Positions 12,169-25,791 of a DNA stretch of 64,000 nt are shown in pieces; the stretch's first letter is position 1, and each line of letters starts with the position of its first letter. Source of the DNA: Trichosphaerium sp. ATCC 40318 (taxonomy: Eukaryota; Protista; Tubulinea). The DNA lies in assembly GCA_038496445.1 (NCBI GenBank), contig JALMLS010000315.1:62001-126000 (forward strand), given 5' to 3'. The position numbers were made by a program, and so were the translations under genes. The notes under the pieces are model-generated. The model saw only the letters and a list, made by a program, of their open reading frames with translations. It ran no database searches and had not been told where the DNA came from.

Positions 12169-14608
12169 TCAATGGTTGCTTCCACGTCGTTTACTTGATG
12201 ATTTCTTACCAGTACTTGACCTTCGCCCACTATTGCTATTTATTGAATCTGATTTAGACACTGCAGTTTGAAGGACGTTAACTGTGATGTTTGACACATA
12301 GTGTTTTTTTACTGAAGCCAATTTCTAGCAATAATAAGAATATGTTACGTCTTTTCAACACAACTGCTACGTACCCCAGGGCCTAAAGGTACACCTTTTT
12401 TATGTTTTTGTATTGCTGTTAGAACAGATATAAGTGTTTCAAGGCCATGAACATATCGCTAGTGAAAGTGTTAGTTAACACACAAAATCAAAGATAAACC
12501 TACGCTATCGATTTTGCCAGATGATGCAGTGTGAGCAAAGTCTACCATTCTCACATTGACATTAGGCTTACCACCACCTTCTATATAAGTGTTAAAGCGA
12601 CCATAGCGTATGTACAAGGGCGTACTTTCTGCTCCATCGTAACAAAACAATATACTACTTCCAACAAAAGTGAATTGTGTTTGTTTGTTAAACCATTCCA
12701 GTAATTCCTTAAGGATTGGTACAGCTTCATCAATAACCTACAAAGTATTACATCAATAACATAACATAAAGATTAACTGATAGCTCTTACATCATATCTA
12801 ATCTCATTACCATTATCAAAAAAGAGTTGAACAGCGCTTTCCTAGAAATTGGATCAGTTTTCAAACTTTTCAAAGAAATAGCAGCGACATACCACGTTCT
12901 TATTTTTTAAATGTACGCCCCAATCTTTGCCTCGTTTTATAAACTCTTTAGCAGCCACTTGCCAGGTTCTACGAACAGATAAGTAATCAGTATGTAAGCG
13001 ATAAGCAGAATGTGTACCTTATGCCAACTATTCTAAAGCCAACCGTAGAAGACGTAGACATGGTATCTAACGAACTCTGAACAGCCTTTTTTGTAAGATT
13101 TGCATCTTTTTCATATGTTCTTGAACCCATCTTTATATCACATACACAAGGTTGTTCCATGCCTATGAAACAAAAGGTAAGCGAGAAGATTGTTTACAAA
13201 TGTCATCTTTTGGTACCATGTGTCAAATCTTCAAGTAGAAGAAAATGATTATAACTGCCTGCTTGTGCTCCTTTAGCCCTTGTTCTACCATAGTACTAAA
13301 CCATATTGTTAGAATAATGTATACTACAAGAGTATAAAATGCAATCTAACCTTAGGAAAGAACTTGGCAATAGAAGGATATTCAGGAAGCTGCGTCAATT
13401 GTTCATAAAAATCAAACTCTTTTGCTACAATCAATAGTCAGTATAGAGCACCTGCTGATATCCCTTAAAATATCGCTTATACCTGAGAAGTGCTTCATCA
13501 CCATATTCCCTTGTTTCTTCATTCCTTTCTCCTCACCTGTGTGTCCACCAGTCTGAGAAGTAAACGCTTCAGTTTTAGTAACAACTGAGTTCTCTCCAAT
13601 TTCAATGGCTTGTACAACAACATCAGCTGTGCATCCCTTCATAACTTCAAGCAAGTATTTCTCCTTTTTACAAGCGTGAATGAACTCTTTCTGAGTCACC
13701 TTACCATCACCATCTAAAAACAAATCAAAAAAAAAACATCACCAAAACAAGGCTTTCTTTTTATACCTGAATCCATCCTTTTAGCTAAAGAAAGAAGCTC
13801 ATCTCTCTTAGACTTTGTTGGATCTCCAGAAATAAGGCTATTCGTGCTTTGTGTCAAACTTAAAAAGAAAAGTAAGCCGGTTTGTTTCAACAAAGTGAAA
13901 AAGACTGTTTTTGGATTCGTACTGATTTGATGCTTTCAATAAATGCTCTACAAAGTCATCAACCTCCTTGTTATCCAAATATCCGTTCCCATCAGTATCA
14001 AAGACGCGGAATGCAACTAATAAAACAAGTTTCAGACCTTTTTTTTGTTTTTATCGTTGAATCCCAATCAAAACACACGCACATTCTAGTTTTTCATCTG
14101 GTGTTTGCGTTTTGAGCATTGTACAACCCAAAATAAATTCCTGAGCAGTTTTAGAAATATTTTTAGGTTTTTTTTAATTAAAACCTTCCAAAGAGGCAGT
14201 TTACCTTAAAACATACTACGCCCTGCGTAGAAACGTTAGTTTTTATACATTAAAAGCGATTACGTACGGTATTGTCGCTGTCAAAAATATGAAACACCTA
14301 AAAATACTGTTATTGGCTTATATTGTACAGTTTGGTACGTACTTGGCGCCAGAATTGCTTGCTACCGCTATGCGTTGAAAGTTCCTTTAGAAAACTTAAA
14401 AATAACTTCAATAGACTATCCTACCTGACAGAACTCCTTTTCTGTCATTATCAAGTTCGGGTACTTTTTTTCGAAGTCACAAAACATCTTTTTCGCTTCT
14501 TGTTTGCTAACTACGCTTGATAAGCATAACCATAAAGCAATGAGGCGTACTATTTGGGTTTGCAGCCAATTCTTTTAGAACGGCAGACTTGTTTACTTTA
14601 TTTCCCAT
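12169..14608 (-). CDS. Recoverin/NCS-type EF-hand protein fused to an inositol polyphosphate kinase (IPK superfamily); 3' end uncertain
   Basis: MGNKVNK; EF loops DSDNTGVVCFKE, DTDGNGYLDNKE, DSDGDGKVTQKE; then QTGGH, LLLEDLT, PCVCDIKMG (PxxxDxKxG), SSILF, MVDFAH. Confidence 0.88.
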
Positions 14609-14863
14609 CCTTATACACTGACTCGTTCAAAACGTTATTTACGGGTAGTGTTAGATCACCTTGGGTCTACTTAAACTAATTAAGTCCACTTCCCTAAACA
14701 GGAATCAAAAACTTGGCAATCTCAAGCGGCAGATTGCTGCGTGAACAAAAAAACAGTTAAATAAAGATAAACCTTCTTATACGCTTTATAACTACATCAG
14801 CTCGCTTCGTTCCCTTTGGCATACACGTCTGAGATAACATCACAAAGTCAATTTTATTGTAGA

Positions 14864-16279
14864 CTACACCTTTGGACAAAATGCATTCATCAAAGCAGGT
14901 ACTTTTGTCTCAAAGTATTCACTTCCTTTTGACGGAGTATTCTTTTCGTCACCCCACATTATAACACCATCTGCGCCTGCTCTACTACTCTCTTCCCAAT
15001 ACATTGACATGTCAACATCCATCTAAAAATAACAGTTATAATTACGTAGTGCTTAAGAAGCTCGTGACTGCTAGTCAGAACTGCTACTTTAACAATATGC
15101 GTACCACAAAATCTATTCCATTGTGGTACCTATGCCAGGTATACGCAAATACTGGTTTCTTTACAGACGCCAGCTTTGCTGTTTAGAAACGGTTAGTCTT
15201 TTTTTTTTTGACTTTATAAACTGTTGTACTTACAGCATCGGACAGCTTCTTGTACATTGCTAAAGATATATTCTCTATCAAATATATTATGCTGATATCA
15301 CTTTGATTAATTATCATACCTGTTACGGTCTTCAATTGCCTTTGTTGTACTTGCATAAAACTGATAAACAGATGGACAAATAATATCCTCCAAATTCCAA
15401 AGCCAAATCAACTCGTTGTTTTTCTCTCTCAAGTAGTCTCCATGACTTGTGTTATAACCGTTATAGTATTCTCTAATAGGATAACCATAGCAACCAACTT
15501 TCCTACATACCAATAAGACTTAAAGAACACCGAAAACAAACATACAAATTAGGTCGTAATTTATGAATAGTTTCTATCGTTATTGAGAAAACATCACGTG
15601 CTGCCTTTGTGAAATCCACTTTTGCTTGCTCTTCTATTTCTGTAGCATTCTTTTCTGGGTATTGCTTACGAGCTAGTGCAAGTGACATATTTATATAAGG
15701 TGCCTCTATGAGAGAACATCAAACCTCGATAAGCAAAAAAAAAAAAATTATCCAAAACCATAACCTTTTTTTTCCTTACCTGTACTGTTTTCTTCCCAAA
15801 TTAGATTCCAGGCCTCATAATCAATACTGTAAAATTATTAACGGTCAAAATAAAGGATGTATCATACTCTATTTGGCTGACAGTGTCAACATTAGGGATG
15901 AATTTATCCAAATATTGTTTAATATACTCGACATGTAAGGAAAGGTTGCCTAACTGCGGGATACCACCGTTAATTATTTGGCCATTATCCACTCGCGGTA
16001 GTAAACCCAGTAGCCCTTCAGAACCCTCGTAAACTACGTAATAAGAGTGTAAGCCTTAGAATGCGATGAAAAAGTTTTTCAAAAATTCGAAACAAAATTA
16101 GTTAGTATTCGCACCAGGTTTAGGTGTCATTGTTATTTGTGGAACTGCTTTTTCGATAGAATCAGTGTCAACAAAAGATACATCGAATTTAAACTCGAAA
16201 GGGTAGCTACAGTCAAAACTGTGAGACGAAGCAAACGCACGTGCGTGAGTGTTCCAACTTGTAAAATACGACTTGCCAT
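14864..16279 (-). CDS. Hyaluronidase-like glycoside hydrolase (GH56)
   Basis: INGGIPQLGNLSLH, catalytic IDYEAW, KLRPN..GCYGYP, NNELIWLW..ICPSVY, GADGVIMWG; hydrophobic N-terminus; start approximate. Confidence 0.88.
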
Positions 16280-16351
16280 TTGTAACCTTTTGTGCCGTTG
16301 GCTATTGCTGAACCGAACAATACTAGAAATACACCACAAATGATAAAACGC

Positions 16352-17136
16352 ATGGCTAGAAAATGTCAAGCAGTAAAAGAAGTAGTCTTAACTCGATTAA
16401 GTTAGACTAGGACAAGCGAAGGTTTTGGAAGATTCTCAGTCGGTTGGTGGCTCTATTGCACCTGCAAGCTTATTCTTCTTGTAAGTACACTTGTTTCAGT
16501 TGAGCGAATGGATAAAGCAAGTGTATGCAACGAGAACAATACTTTATTTACGGAAACATGGCCATAAAATCTTGTCGATTGTATTGGTGGTATCAGACAA
16601 TCTATCACCTTATAGACTTGTTGTTATCGATACAAGAAGAGGTTTTTCAGATTCAGAGCGAAGCACTGAAACTTACGCCCAAAATAAAGGTCATTTATGG
16701 ATCGCTTCCGAAGCTGTCATTGTCGCTAAAGTAGTACCTAGCAAGAACTCCCTATTTGTTGCTTTTACAACACAATAAAATTGTGCCGCATAGGTACGTT
16801 TTTTTACCCTATTTAATGGATGACACTTGTTATTTTCTTCGTTGCAATGTATTTACATGCTACTCTTCTAGAAAGCTGCTCTGATAAGTATAATATGTTG
16901 TACTATAGTAGCGGTATTTGCAGTAGCGGTGGTAGTATCGTGTGAAGTTTTTGAATATCTGGAGGGTACGCTTCAAGCCTCCTCTAAAAGTAATGCTTTT
17001 AACACATCGTTGTATACTTCTACAAGACCAACCTATCCTAGTGATCATGCCAGACGTACAGGTATTCAAGACAAGAATGATACGTAAAATGTTCCGGAAC
17101 ACGGGGAATCTGAAGCGCTATCAACAATCAAAATGA
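16352..17136 (+). CDS. Possible multi-exon hypothetical gene; frame unresolved
   Basis: ATG plus GT-AG-bounded segments; no domain recognised. Confidence 0.2.
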
Positions 17137-18128
17137 AATAGACCTGACAATTGTTGAAACATCAGAGTTTTTGAACTCTACTTGACGACTAGACTCTTAT
17201 TTTCTAGCTGCGGAAATACGCGCTTGAAATACCTATCTAGTAATAAACTATAATAGTGTTTATGTGCAGCTATCGATTTCGTGCATGTTCAATCGTACTT
17301 TTGGTGAAAATGGTTAATAATATCCCGAAATATCACGTGACAAGCGTCAATACCCCGAAACGCGTTTTATGTACCCCCTTAAGCACCTGCCGCTGTCTTT
17401 TACGTTTTATTGCATACTTATGCTGTTTGGTGAATGTACTCTTAATAACTTCTTGCTGCAGTAGATTACGTCACGGTACAGTTAATACAGTCTAAAACAG
17501 CTGTATTTGACTATGCGTTCGTATGAACGCGACAGATTTCTGTTAAACTCTACATCACATACAATCACGGCGCGGAACTTATTTTTTCTCGAACGCGCGT
17601 TTAGAGATGGATTATTCGCTTGTGACTTAACTTCCATACTAATAATTCTTCCGCATTAACAGAGACGTCATCAGCTAGCGCCATTAATGGAGGTTATATC
17701 AAAGATAAAACGTAAGTCTCCGCATGAAAGTAAAAGAGTAAAACTCTGACCTTGTATAAAATACAGACGCGATTTCGAAGCGAAGGCCAGGTCACGGAGA
17801 CCATAACAAAACAGGACATAAAACACCGCATCCTCATGTAAGTAGATCAAGGTCGGCTTTTTCTCTTGGAAGCTATCAAGGGAAGATACATAAAGACAAA
17901 TACTTAAGGTAAATTTAAAAATCACGTGATTATTTGGTTTTCACGTGACGAAATTTGTTTTTCTATTGGCATTATTTTTTTTTATTTTTTCCCAAAACGA
18001 ATGTCATCGGGGCCATAACGGTTATGCGTATTGGTATCTATGGCTTGCTTCCTAAAAATATTAGATGTTACAAATAAGGTTCTATTTCATTTTGTTTTTG
18101 TTTATTTTTTTGTTCTAGGCGTTCGTCA

Positions 18129-18912
18129 ATGTCTCTACCAAAGGCTAAGTTACGGGCTGAGTGCTCTTGGGAGGATTTACTTGACAGTGATATAATGTTT
18201 TTACAATTCAGAGACTACGCTTACCAGCGTCTTGCTGGAGAGAGTCTTTCTTTTTTAATTGCGACAGGCACGTTTTTATTTTTGTTTAATTTTTGTTTTT
18301 TTGGTTCATTTTTTGTTTCATTTTTTGTACTGCAGTACTCTTTTCTCTCACATCAAACATAAGCGTTATTGTTTCTATTTAATATTTCATCTCTGAAATG
18401 ACATATTTATTCTTAATATAGAGCGGTATATGCTTATTAAAGATCATGCACTACGAAAGAATTTTGCAAAGCGTATTTTCAAGCTTTTTTTAAGCGATAC
18501 ATGTGAAGAACCTGTCAACATTGGATGGCAACAAACACAAGTAAGATTTCTTTTATTATTAAAAACATCTAACATTTAGCGCAGAATATCAAAAAGAGAT
18601 TAAAACAGGCGCCTCTAGACCTCTACGAAGGTACATGACGGTTTTTTTTTAAAAAAAAAAAATAGAATTATTGTTTCCTTCTCGTTGTTGGCGTTGTAAT
18701 CAACTTGTTTTTTAGAGGCACATAGAGATATTATGCGCATGGTTCGTTATGATGTATTCCCTGGATTTCAAGAGTCTAATAGCCCAGCACCTCATATACG
18801 CAAAGCGACATTACGTGGAACATTAGAAAATTTCCTACTCGTAAAGCAGCAAAAGCATAAGACTAAGAAAAATGATACTGAACATCCCACAAAAAAAAGA
18901 TCTTCCAAATGA
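18129..18912 (+). CDS. RGS (regulator of G-protein signalling) domain protein
   Basis: WEDLLD..FRDYAYQRLAGESLSF; AKRIFKLFLSDTCEEPVNI; LYEEAHRDIMRMVRYDVFPGF. Confidence 0.88.
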
Positions 18913-19240
18913 TTTAGAGCCACCCAGCCAATTTAAAAGAAGAGACATGTATTGTAAAATAGTAAAAAACAAATCACCAAAAATGATCATGGCACGTTCT
19001 AACATAACAAGGCCTTTGCATGATCAGCTGAGCCTTTTCCCGTTCGTTTTTTTTTTGACATTTTCAAGTTCAATTAGTGCTCGTAATGTTAAGCACGTGC
19101 TATACACAAGTCAAAGTTTTAATGCTTTTAGCCGACTTATTGTAGCCAAGCTACCTTTGCCGGGTTGTTTAACTCTTTAAGTAGTGGTGTAACAGTAACA
19201 ACTTAAGTTTAAGCGGGGAAACTAAATAACTCGAGTACTC

Positions 19241-20458
19241 ATGGAGAGATTGGCTTCAAAGTCTAAAGATACGTTTCCCCCAGTACCTTTCTTGCGTGAG
19301 CTTAGGCTCAGGAGGGATTTGGAGGAAATTAACAGCTCATATGACTTTCCCATCTTTCAAGACCCAGAAATAGCTAGAGTACGCTCCAAATGTTGATTTA
19401 CGCCTTTATTATTTTGAATTTCAGTACATTTGCTGTAAACACAAAAATAATTACTGCATACGCACGGATTCATGTTAATACAGCGTAATATCATACTTTT
19501 GAAGCTTCTAAATTATTATTTAGCTATTCGGTCGAAAAGGCACATTATTTGGTAAACAGATACAATACAAGCTCTTCTGGAACGAAACGAAGAAATCTAT
19601 CATTGGTGTAGTTTATTTTCCTTACACATGCGAGGTACGTCATACGTTTCATCTAAGAAACACTATAAGGGCATGGACTATTGTCTCCTCAAATTTCTAA
19701 GTGGGAAAATAGAGAATGCCAGTTATCAAATTCTGAACGGTTTTTATTTGACGCAAAGTCTCTAACGCCTTTATGTAAGGGTCCTCCTGGAAGTGTGCAT
19801 GGCGGTGCTCTAGCTACTGCGCTTGATAGTGTGCTCGGGTCTTACGTACGTTTACCACAAATTGGACCCAATTGGTAAAAAAAAAAACCAAACCTATTTG
19901 TTGAAATTCCACATTTTTTTTCAATTGAAAAAAAAGCCTCTTGCCCACTTATAAAACAGCCAGTGGCTACCTAAACTATCAACGGATAGAAAACAAAAAA
20001 ATTGACAAGAATAATGGTTTTTATTTTACATATTTGACATCTGGCGGCGTTTGCCAACGCCTACAGTAGGTCATTCATTGTTTTTGGTAAAACTACCAAA
20101 AAAAAAAAAAAACTGTTGGCTGATTATGTCTGTTTAGAGTTTTCGTATTGGTGGTCCTGCTTTTGTAACTGCAAGTCTAAATACTACGTATAAACAATTA
20201 GTACCTCTAGGAAGTGTTGTTCGTGCTGAATGCCATTGTGAAAAACGTGATGGTCGAAAGTTGTTCATCTCTGCAAAATTGACGAGTTTCAGTGGTTCCA
20301 AGTTACATACTATGGCTGACGCTATGTTCTATCAAGTTAACCCTGATGTTCCTGATTATGATACATTAAAGAAACTGTTTGGCCGTGATAGCGGCGTAAC
20401 AAAGCCTCAGGTGATCAGAATGATCAAAGCGAACAGACAAAAAAGAGCAAAACTGTAA
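19241..20458 (+). CDS. Hotdog-fold acyl-CoA thioesterase (THEM4/PaaI-like) with PTS1 signal
   Basis: GPPGSVHGGALATALD, VTASLNTTYKQLVPLG; C-terminal -AKL. Confidence 0.88.
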
Positions 20459-20727
20459 AAGAAGACAAAAAAAAAAACATTGGAACGTGCTGTTTCATAT
20501 CAGAAATCGTGGTACCCCAAGTACTTGTAATTAGTTAAAAAGCCAGTTGTTTAGAATAAAAAGACACTGAACATTAATACATTCGCCCTAAAGACATAGA
20601 TTAGACCCCAATAGCACTGGTGAGTCGGTTTTTGAGCCTTTAAAGAAATGTCAGTAGATAAACATTAAAATGAACTTCAAAAAACTAAACTGACAGCCAC
20701 GTACATAGCTTTCGTTGTGAGCTCTCT

Positions 20728-20760
20728 TGTTTTTGATGTTTTTGATGTTTTTGATGTTCT
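20728..20760. repeat. Short 9-bp tandem repeat (tgtttttga)x3+
   Basis: Directly visible. Confidence 0.75.
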
Positions 20761-21994
20761 TGCTGTCTATGGTTTCCTGGTGACTTCGAAATCAAAGGAA
20801 ACGCTAAGAACATTGATAATAGCGCCTCAGCGTTCTTTCAAAAAAAAAAACCACGTGATAAAACGGGATATAACTGTACGTCAACCGGTTTTGTTTGATG
20901 AGACTTTAAAGATTGTACAATCCGTCACAGGCGTGGATTAAAAAAATGGGGTTGTAGCGTACTATTATTATCACGTATCTTTTTTTTGGGATATGAGACT
21001 TTCGGCCGACGTTCTCGACTGATCTCACACAAAAATCTGGCCAGAATTTCTGTAACAACAAGACAATTCGCCTATGTGAACTACCAACTTATACAATACA
21101 TCCTTGCATTATATGAGTTGTTTTTTGAGGCGCAGTAGGGTGGTTATGATGTGAATAAAAAAGCACAAAAAAAGATCTTTCTTTTGCTGGCAGTTTTTTT
21201 GCTTAAATGTCTTTTTGTACAACCTGACAGCTTATACACTGCGAAGCGGACTTCATGTGCACTTCATCATACAACTGGAGAAATATTACATGTAAATACG
21301 TATGTAATTTCGTAATAATAAAACAGTTTTGTGGTTGTATTTTAAAAATTATTAAATTTCGAAAATACAAGAAGAACGCACAGTTGATTGAATTAAAATG
21401 TGTTCAAGATTTTAACAAGATAAAAAGCCACGTAATGGTTTCTGAAGTGCACAAAATGTCAAAGAAATAAAGCGGTCCGCCCGGACACAATCCGCTAGTT
21501 GTATGTGCATAACATTTGGTACATTGTGTTTAAAAATGTTCTATTTCTGTCGAGATCAAAAGAAGGAGAGGTATATTTAACTATAGATGAATACTACAAG
21601 AGTTTTGATCGAAAAAAAATATTAGGGGTTCGGGAAAACATGTTTAGCCGATTATTTTGTTGGGAACAATTCTTAGGTTTCCTGAAAACAAATTCCACGG
21701 GAAAACTTGCCTTTTCAATTGCAGTACTGCTACAAAAACATCGGAATAACAGTTTCTACGGAAAAGTTGAAAATACTAACCACCACGTGCCTGATTTCCA
21801 TTAGTGACCATACAATATACATCAGTGTCTTTTTCTAGAAATGTAATGGCCATTGACAGAAAAAGTTGCTTGAAAGGATCAAGTAATCCGTTACACCCCT
21901 TGGTCTTGTGAAAAATTGTTTATTCCTTAGAGGTGGTGGCTATAAGCAAATCCCGATGGCTAAGAACACCGGATAATTTCCGTTCATGATGAGT

Positions 21995-24519
21995 TTACAT
22001 TGCACTTTTTGCCTCCCGAATAAAATTTCTTATTTTGATCATGTCTTTTTTACCTTCTGTTTCAACTCCAGATGATACGTCTAAAGCAAAAGGACGTACT
22101 TGTGAAACAGCATTCGAAACATTAATAGGGTCTAAACCTCCCGCCAATATTATAGGCACTGGTAAAGAAGCAGCTATTGACCTACACAACCATTAAAACT
22201 TGAGAACTGATTGAAAAAAAGAGCAAGAAGTAGAGCTACAAACCAGTCGAATTTTTTTCCAGTGCCACCTTTAGCACTTGGGTCTCTAGTGTCCAGGAGT
22301 ACACAAGTAGCAGTAGAAGGCACAAAGCGCTTCAGGACATCATCTGGAGCATCATTACCAACGTGAACCGCCTGTGATAATTAAACTTGATTAAACTTCA
22401 TCTATTTTTTTTTGATGATGTTGTGTTGTTTTAGGTTACCTTCCATGCCGGTCTACATGCTTTTAGGCATACATCAAAAGGTTCATCCCCTTTAAAAAAA
22501 AGTGTTACTCCTAAGAATAGTTCGAGTCGGAGAGGAAATGAACTAGTAGTAACCTGAAAATTGAATCACATCTAGATCGACTTCAGCAGCTATCCGATTA
22601 ACCTCATCAATGTCTTGGTCCGCGAAAACTCCAACAACAAGTGGAGTTTTTACCTTTAATATTGCGTCCCATTTTTTAGCACACTCAGTGTACCAGGCAT
22701 CCTAATAGTTATGTAATGTTACAAACTCGAACGACATATTTTTACTTAATTTACATCAATAAAAAACTGCAAAAGTTTTTTTTCCCGCTGTAACGTACCG
22801 CCTTCATATCACTGGCGGAAGACTTCTCAAACGTGGGCGTATTACTCTGTTTTGCCGTAATTCCTACGTCGGATCGGGTGTGTATACGTTTAGTAATCTC
22901 TTTTGCGAGTTCTACGGATACGAGACGCTTCGATTTTGAGGCAAAAACAAGACCGATGAAGTCAGCACCTAATGATGTGATTTATTAATCACCCGTTTAA
23001 TCTCAAAACTGTTTACCTGCTTCAACAGTAGCTAGGGCGTCTTCTACATTCTTAATACCACATATCTTAACATACGTGATCGGTACACCTTACCACGTGA
23101 TTAGTTTAAAAAAGTTGAACAAGGCGGTTGTAAATTAACGAAAGGTTTGGGTTTTTTATTTATCCCATGGTACCTTTTAGCTCGTTTATCTTGTTCATTG
23201 GGTTAGGAGAACGCATTAATGCCTCTCCTACAAGTACGGCTCGAGCGCCTACTTTCTCGAACAACTCAACATCAGAACGTTTAGAAATTCCTAGCAAGAA
23301 GAAAGATGGTTTAGAAAGCGAAGGAGAAATTGCAAGGTGCTGTGTACCACTTAGTGCACATATTGTCTTTTCGTTCATGTCTACACCTTTAGTAACGCGT
23401 TCAGTAGTGCCGTTGTCGACTGTAAATGTATGCAAATTCCTGTTGTTAACACCAATAACTTTGGCTCCTACTTTGAGAGCTATTTTCATCTCTGACTCAT
23501 TTGCAACCTCCACCTAGGTTCCGATAATAAGAACTACATGTAAACTATGTGTCTTGTGTGGACAACGACTTTGGTGATAGTACGTACTAGTGGCTCCATG
23601 CCTAGTTCTCTAGACGTTTTGAGGTATGAAACCAAGTCCGCTTCTTCTAGAGACGCTACAATAAGAAGAAGTGTGTCTGCACCATAAGCTCTAGCCTCAT
23701 AAATTTGATATGGGTCAACAATAAACTCTTTGCGCAGTAACGCTGGCCTAAAGTCACATGACGTGTTAGTTAATTTCATAAACGTACTAGCGGTACAAAA
23801 AATTATGAAAAAAAAAAAATAATCGGAGTTCCATGTCGTATCACGTGTATGAATCGTAAACCACGTGCCTATTTTCCAAACCATCAATGGCATCCCTGAT
23901 ATCTCGCAAGTCTTGAATACTTCCTTTGAACCACTTTGGCTCTGTCAAGCATGATATTGCAGCGGCACCTACAACGATACAGTCATTTACACAAAATTTA
24001 CGACAAAAATACTGCAACAAAAAAAAAAGTTTCTTGCTTTTTCGCTGCCTTTTTGTCCCCTACTACAAAAACAAAAACGGCTCATACCTGCTCTAGCGTA
24101 TAGTAAACCCTATGTCGTATTAGGTTGTGTACCAAATGAAGCACGAAAGGTAAAAGGCGGTTTTTTTTTTGGTTGAAGTGTTGTGCTGTCACGACAGTCT
24201 TTGGAAAGTGGTTAGTAATAACGTACTTGCTTGGCAGCGTTGATATGAGGTGCTATATCTTTTTTTGAGGGTGATGCACGCTTAACCTCAGCCATTATGC
24301 TCATTTTAGACGCTCTTATGCGCTTTTCAAAGTCTACAAGTGTGTACTTGCCATTTGCGTCATTTTCCTGAATTATTTGTTTTAAAGCTTCCAAAGACAC
24401 TGTTTTCTAGAACTACATTAAAATAACACTCTTAAATCCATTTTTGACGGTACTTTCGCTTCAATAACATCTAACACGCGTTGTGTGTTTATTTCCTTCA
24501 AGATTGACGCTTTGGACAT
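21995..24519 (-). CDS. trpCF: Bifunctional indole-3-glycerol-phosphate synthase / phosphoribosylanthranilate isomerase
   Basis: [54 protein letters not shown]; then [34 protein letters not shown]. Confidence 0.95.
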
Positions 24520-24739
24520 GTTAATGTACACTAAAAGGCCAGTTTAACAAAGAAAAAAAAGAAGTCTGGCCGCTGTACCAGAAACCCAAAAAGTCAAACT
24601 GTTAAAAAACAAGGTTGTAATTCCTTACCATTGAAAAAATTAAAAGCCTAACCCACGCCCTTTCAAAAAATCTGTATTGTGATTGTATACTCCATTTTAA
24701 TACTGCATAGCTCGAGTTAAATTCTGAGGGTTGTAATTG

Positions 24740-25602
24740 TTTTAGCGGCTTCCTTTTTCTAGATATAATTCCAGCAGTTCCCTGGAATGCCTCTCTTGTT
24801 TTTGTTGTAATTCCACTGCACACTCTCCGCCACGAACGCAGATAATGTACACAATGTATGATATGGCGTAGTTATTTCGTCTGGCACGGTTTTAAACCAG
24901 TTTAAACAGGCCAACGGCCAATAGGGAAAGACCGAAACAAAATAAGTACGAAACAGGTTCGGGAGTCTCTGTAGAGGTTGTTGTTATCGTCAAGACTGCA
25001 CGACGTATACTAAAGGCGTCTAACTTTACTAAACGATTATACACTGGGATTATCTAAAATTAAACTGAAATAGAGAGACGACACTAAGAACAATAGAGAG
25101 AGCTTGAAAATTGCCTTGTATTTTTTTTTAAAAGTTGGTCGTTACATAGTTATTGTGATCTCACCTGGAGTGCAGATTCCTCCATGTTTCTGATAACCTT
25201 GAACATGAACTCCGGTTACCCCTCCTATATGGTTAAAAAAGCTGTAAATATGAGCTATAGCATGTTAATCCTCACCCCGAAATTTTGCTTGTGTTTACTT
25301 TTTTTCAATCAAAAATTAACGCAGCAAAAAATGTGACTGTGTGCAAAATGTCTTTGTGTGTTACATACTACAATTAATACAAAACAAAACATGAACAAAC
25401 ACTCATCTACGACAAACAACATGTCTCTATATAGATCCCCACAATACTCATTCGAGTACCTCTTAAACAAGACAACGCAACTTGTACGTATTGGTTCATA
25501 AATCTCTTTCAAAATCAAAAAAAAAAAAAGTCGGTCAATCTTCTTTTGTTTGTTGGTATACCAACAGCCAACATTAAGTACCAAACACCCAGCAAACACC
25601 AT
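24740..25602 (-). CDS. Possible small Cys-rich multi-exon hypothetical protein
   Basis: GT-AG-bounded segments (MVFAGCLVLNVGC; SCVVLFKRYSNEYCGDLY; GVTGVHVQGYQKHGGICTP); model unresolved. Confidence 0.25.
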
Positions 25603-25791
25603 CCGAGTTTTTCCGGCGCCGTTTACGCCCCGCCTTCTTTTCTTTTTTTTTCGAATCGTTTTTACTTCTTTTTTTTTTTGATTGATATCACGTGATCTCT
25701 GTATGACGCTGGAGGTTATAAAACAACCGCTTTCAAAAAAAGAATACGTTGTTCACCATTGATAACCGACTTTTTTGTGTGACGTTTAAAA

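Noticed and set aside
19857-20138. Intronic snoRNA in unusually long introns (also 27208-27527)
   Set aside because: Only short hairpins; no convincing C/D or H/ACA boxes
20500-21990. Short ORFs in a 1.5-kb intergenic gap
   Set aside because: No coherent exon chain or recognisable motif
21930-21995. SECIS-like ATGA..AA in the trpCF 3'UTR
   Set aside because: Helix geometry is wrong and no in-frame UGA is needed
23167-23517. Antisense ORFs opposite real genes (also 8225, 45038, 54908, 61984)
   Set aside because: Shadows of coding exons on the other strand
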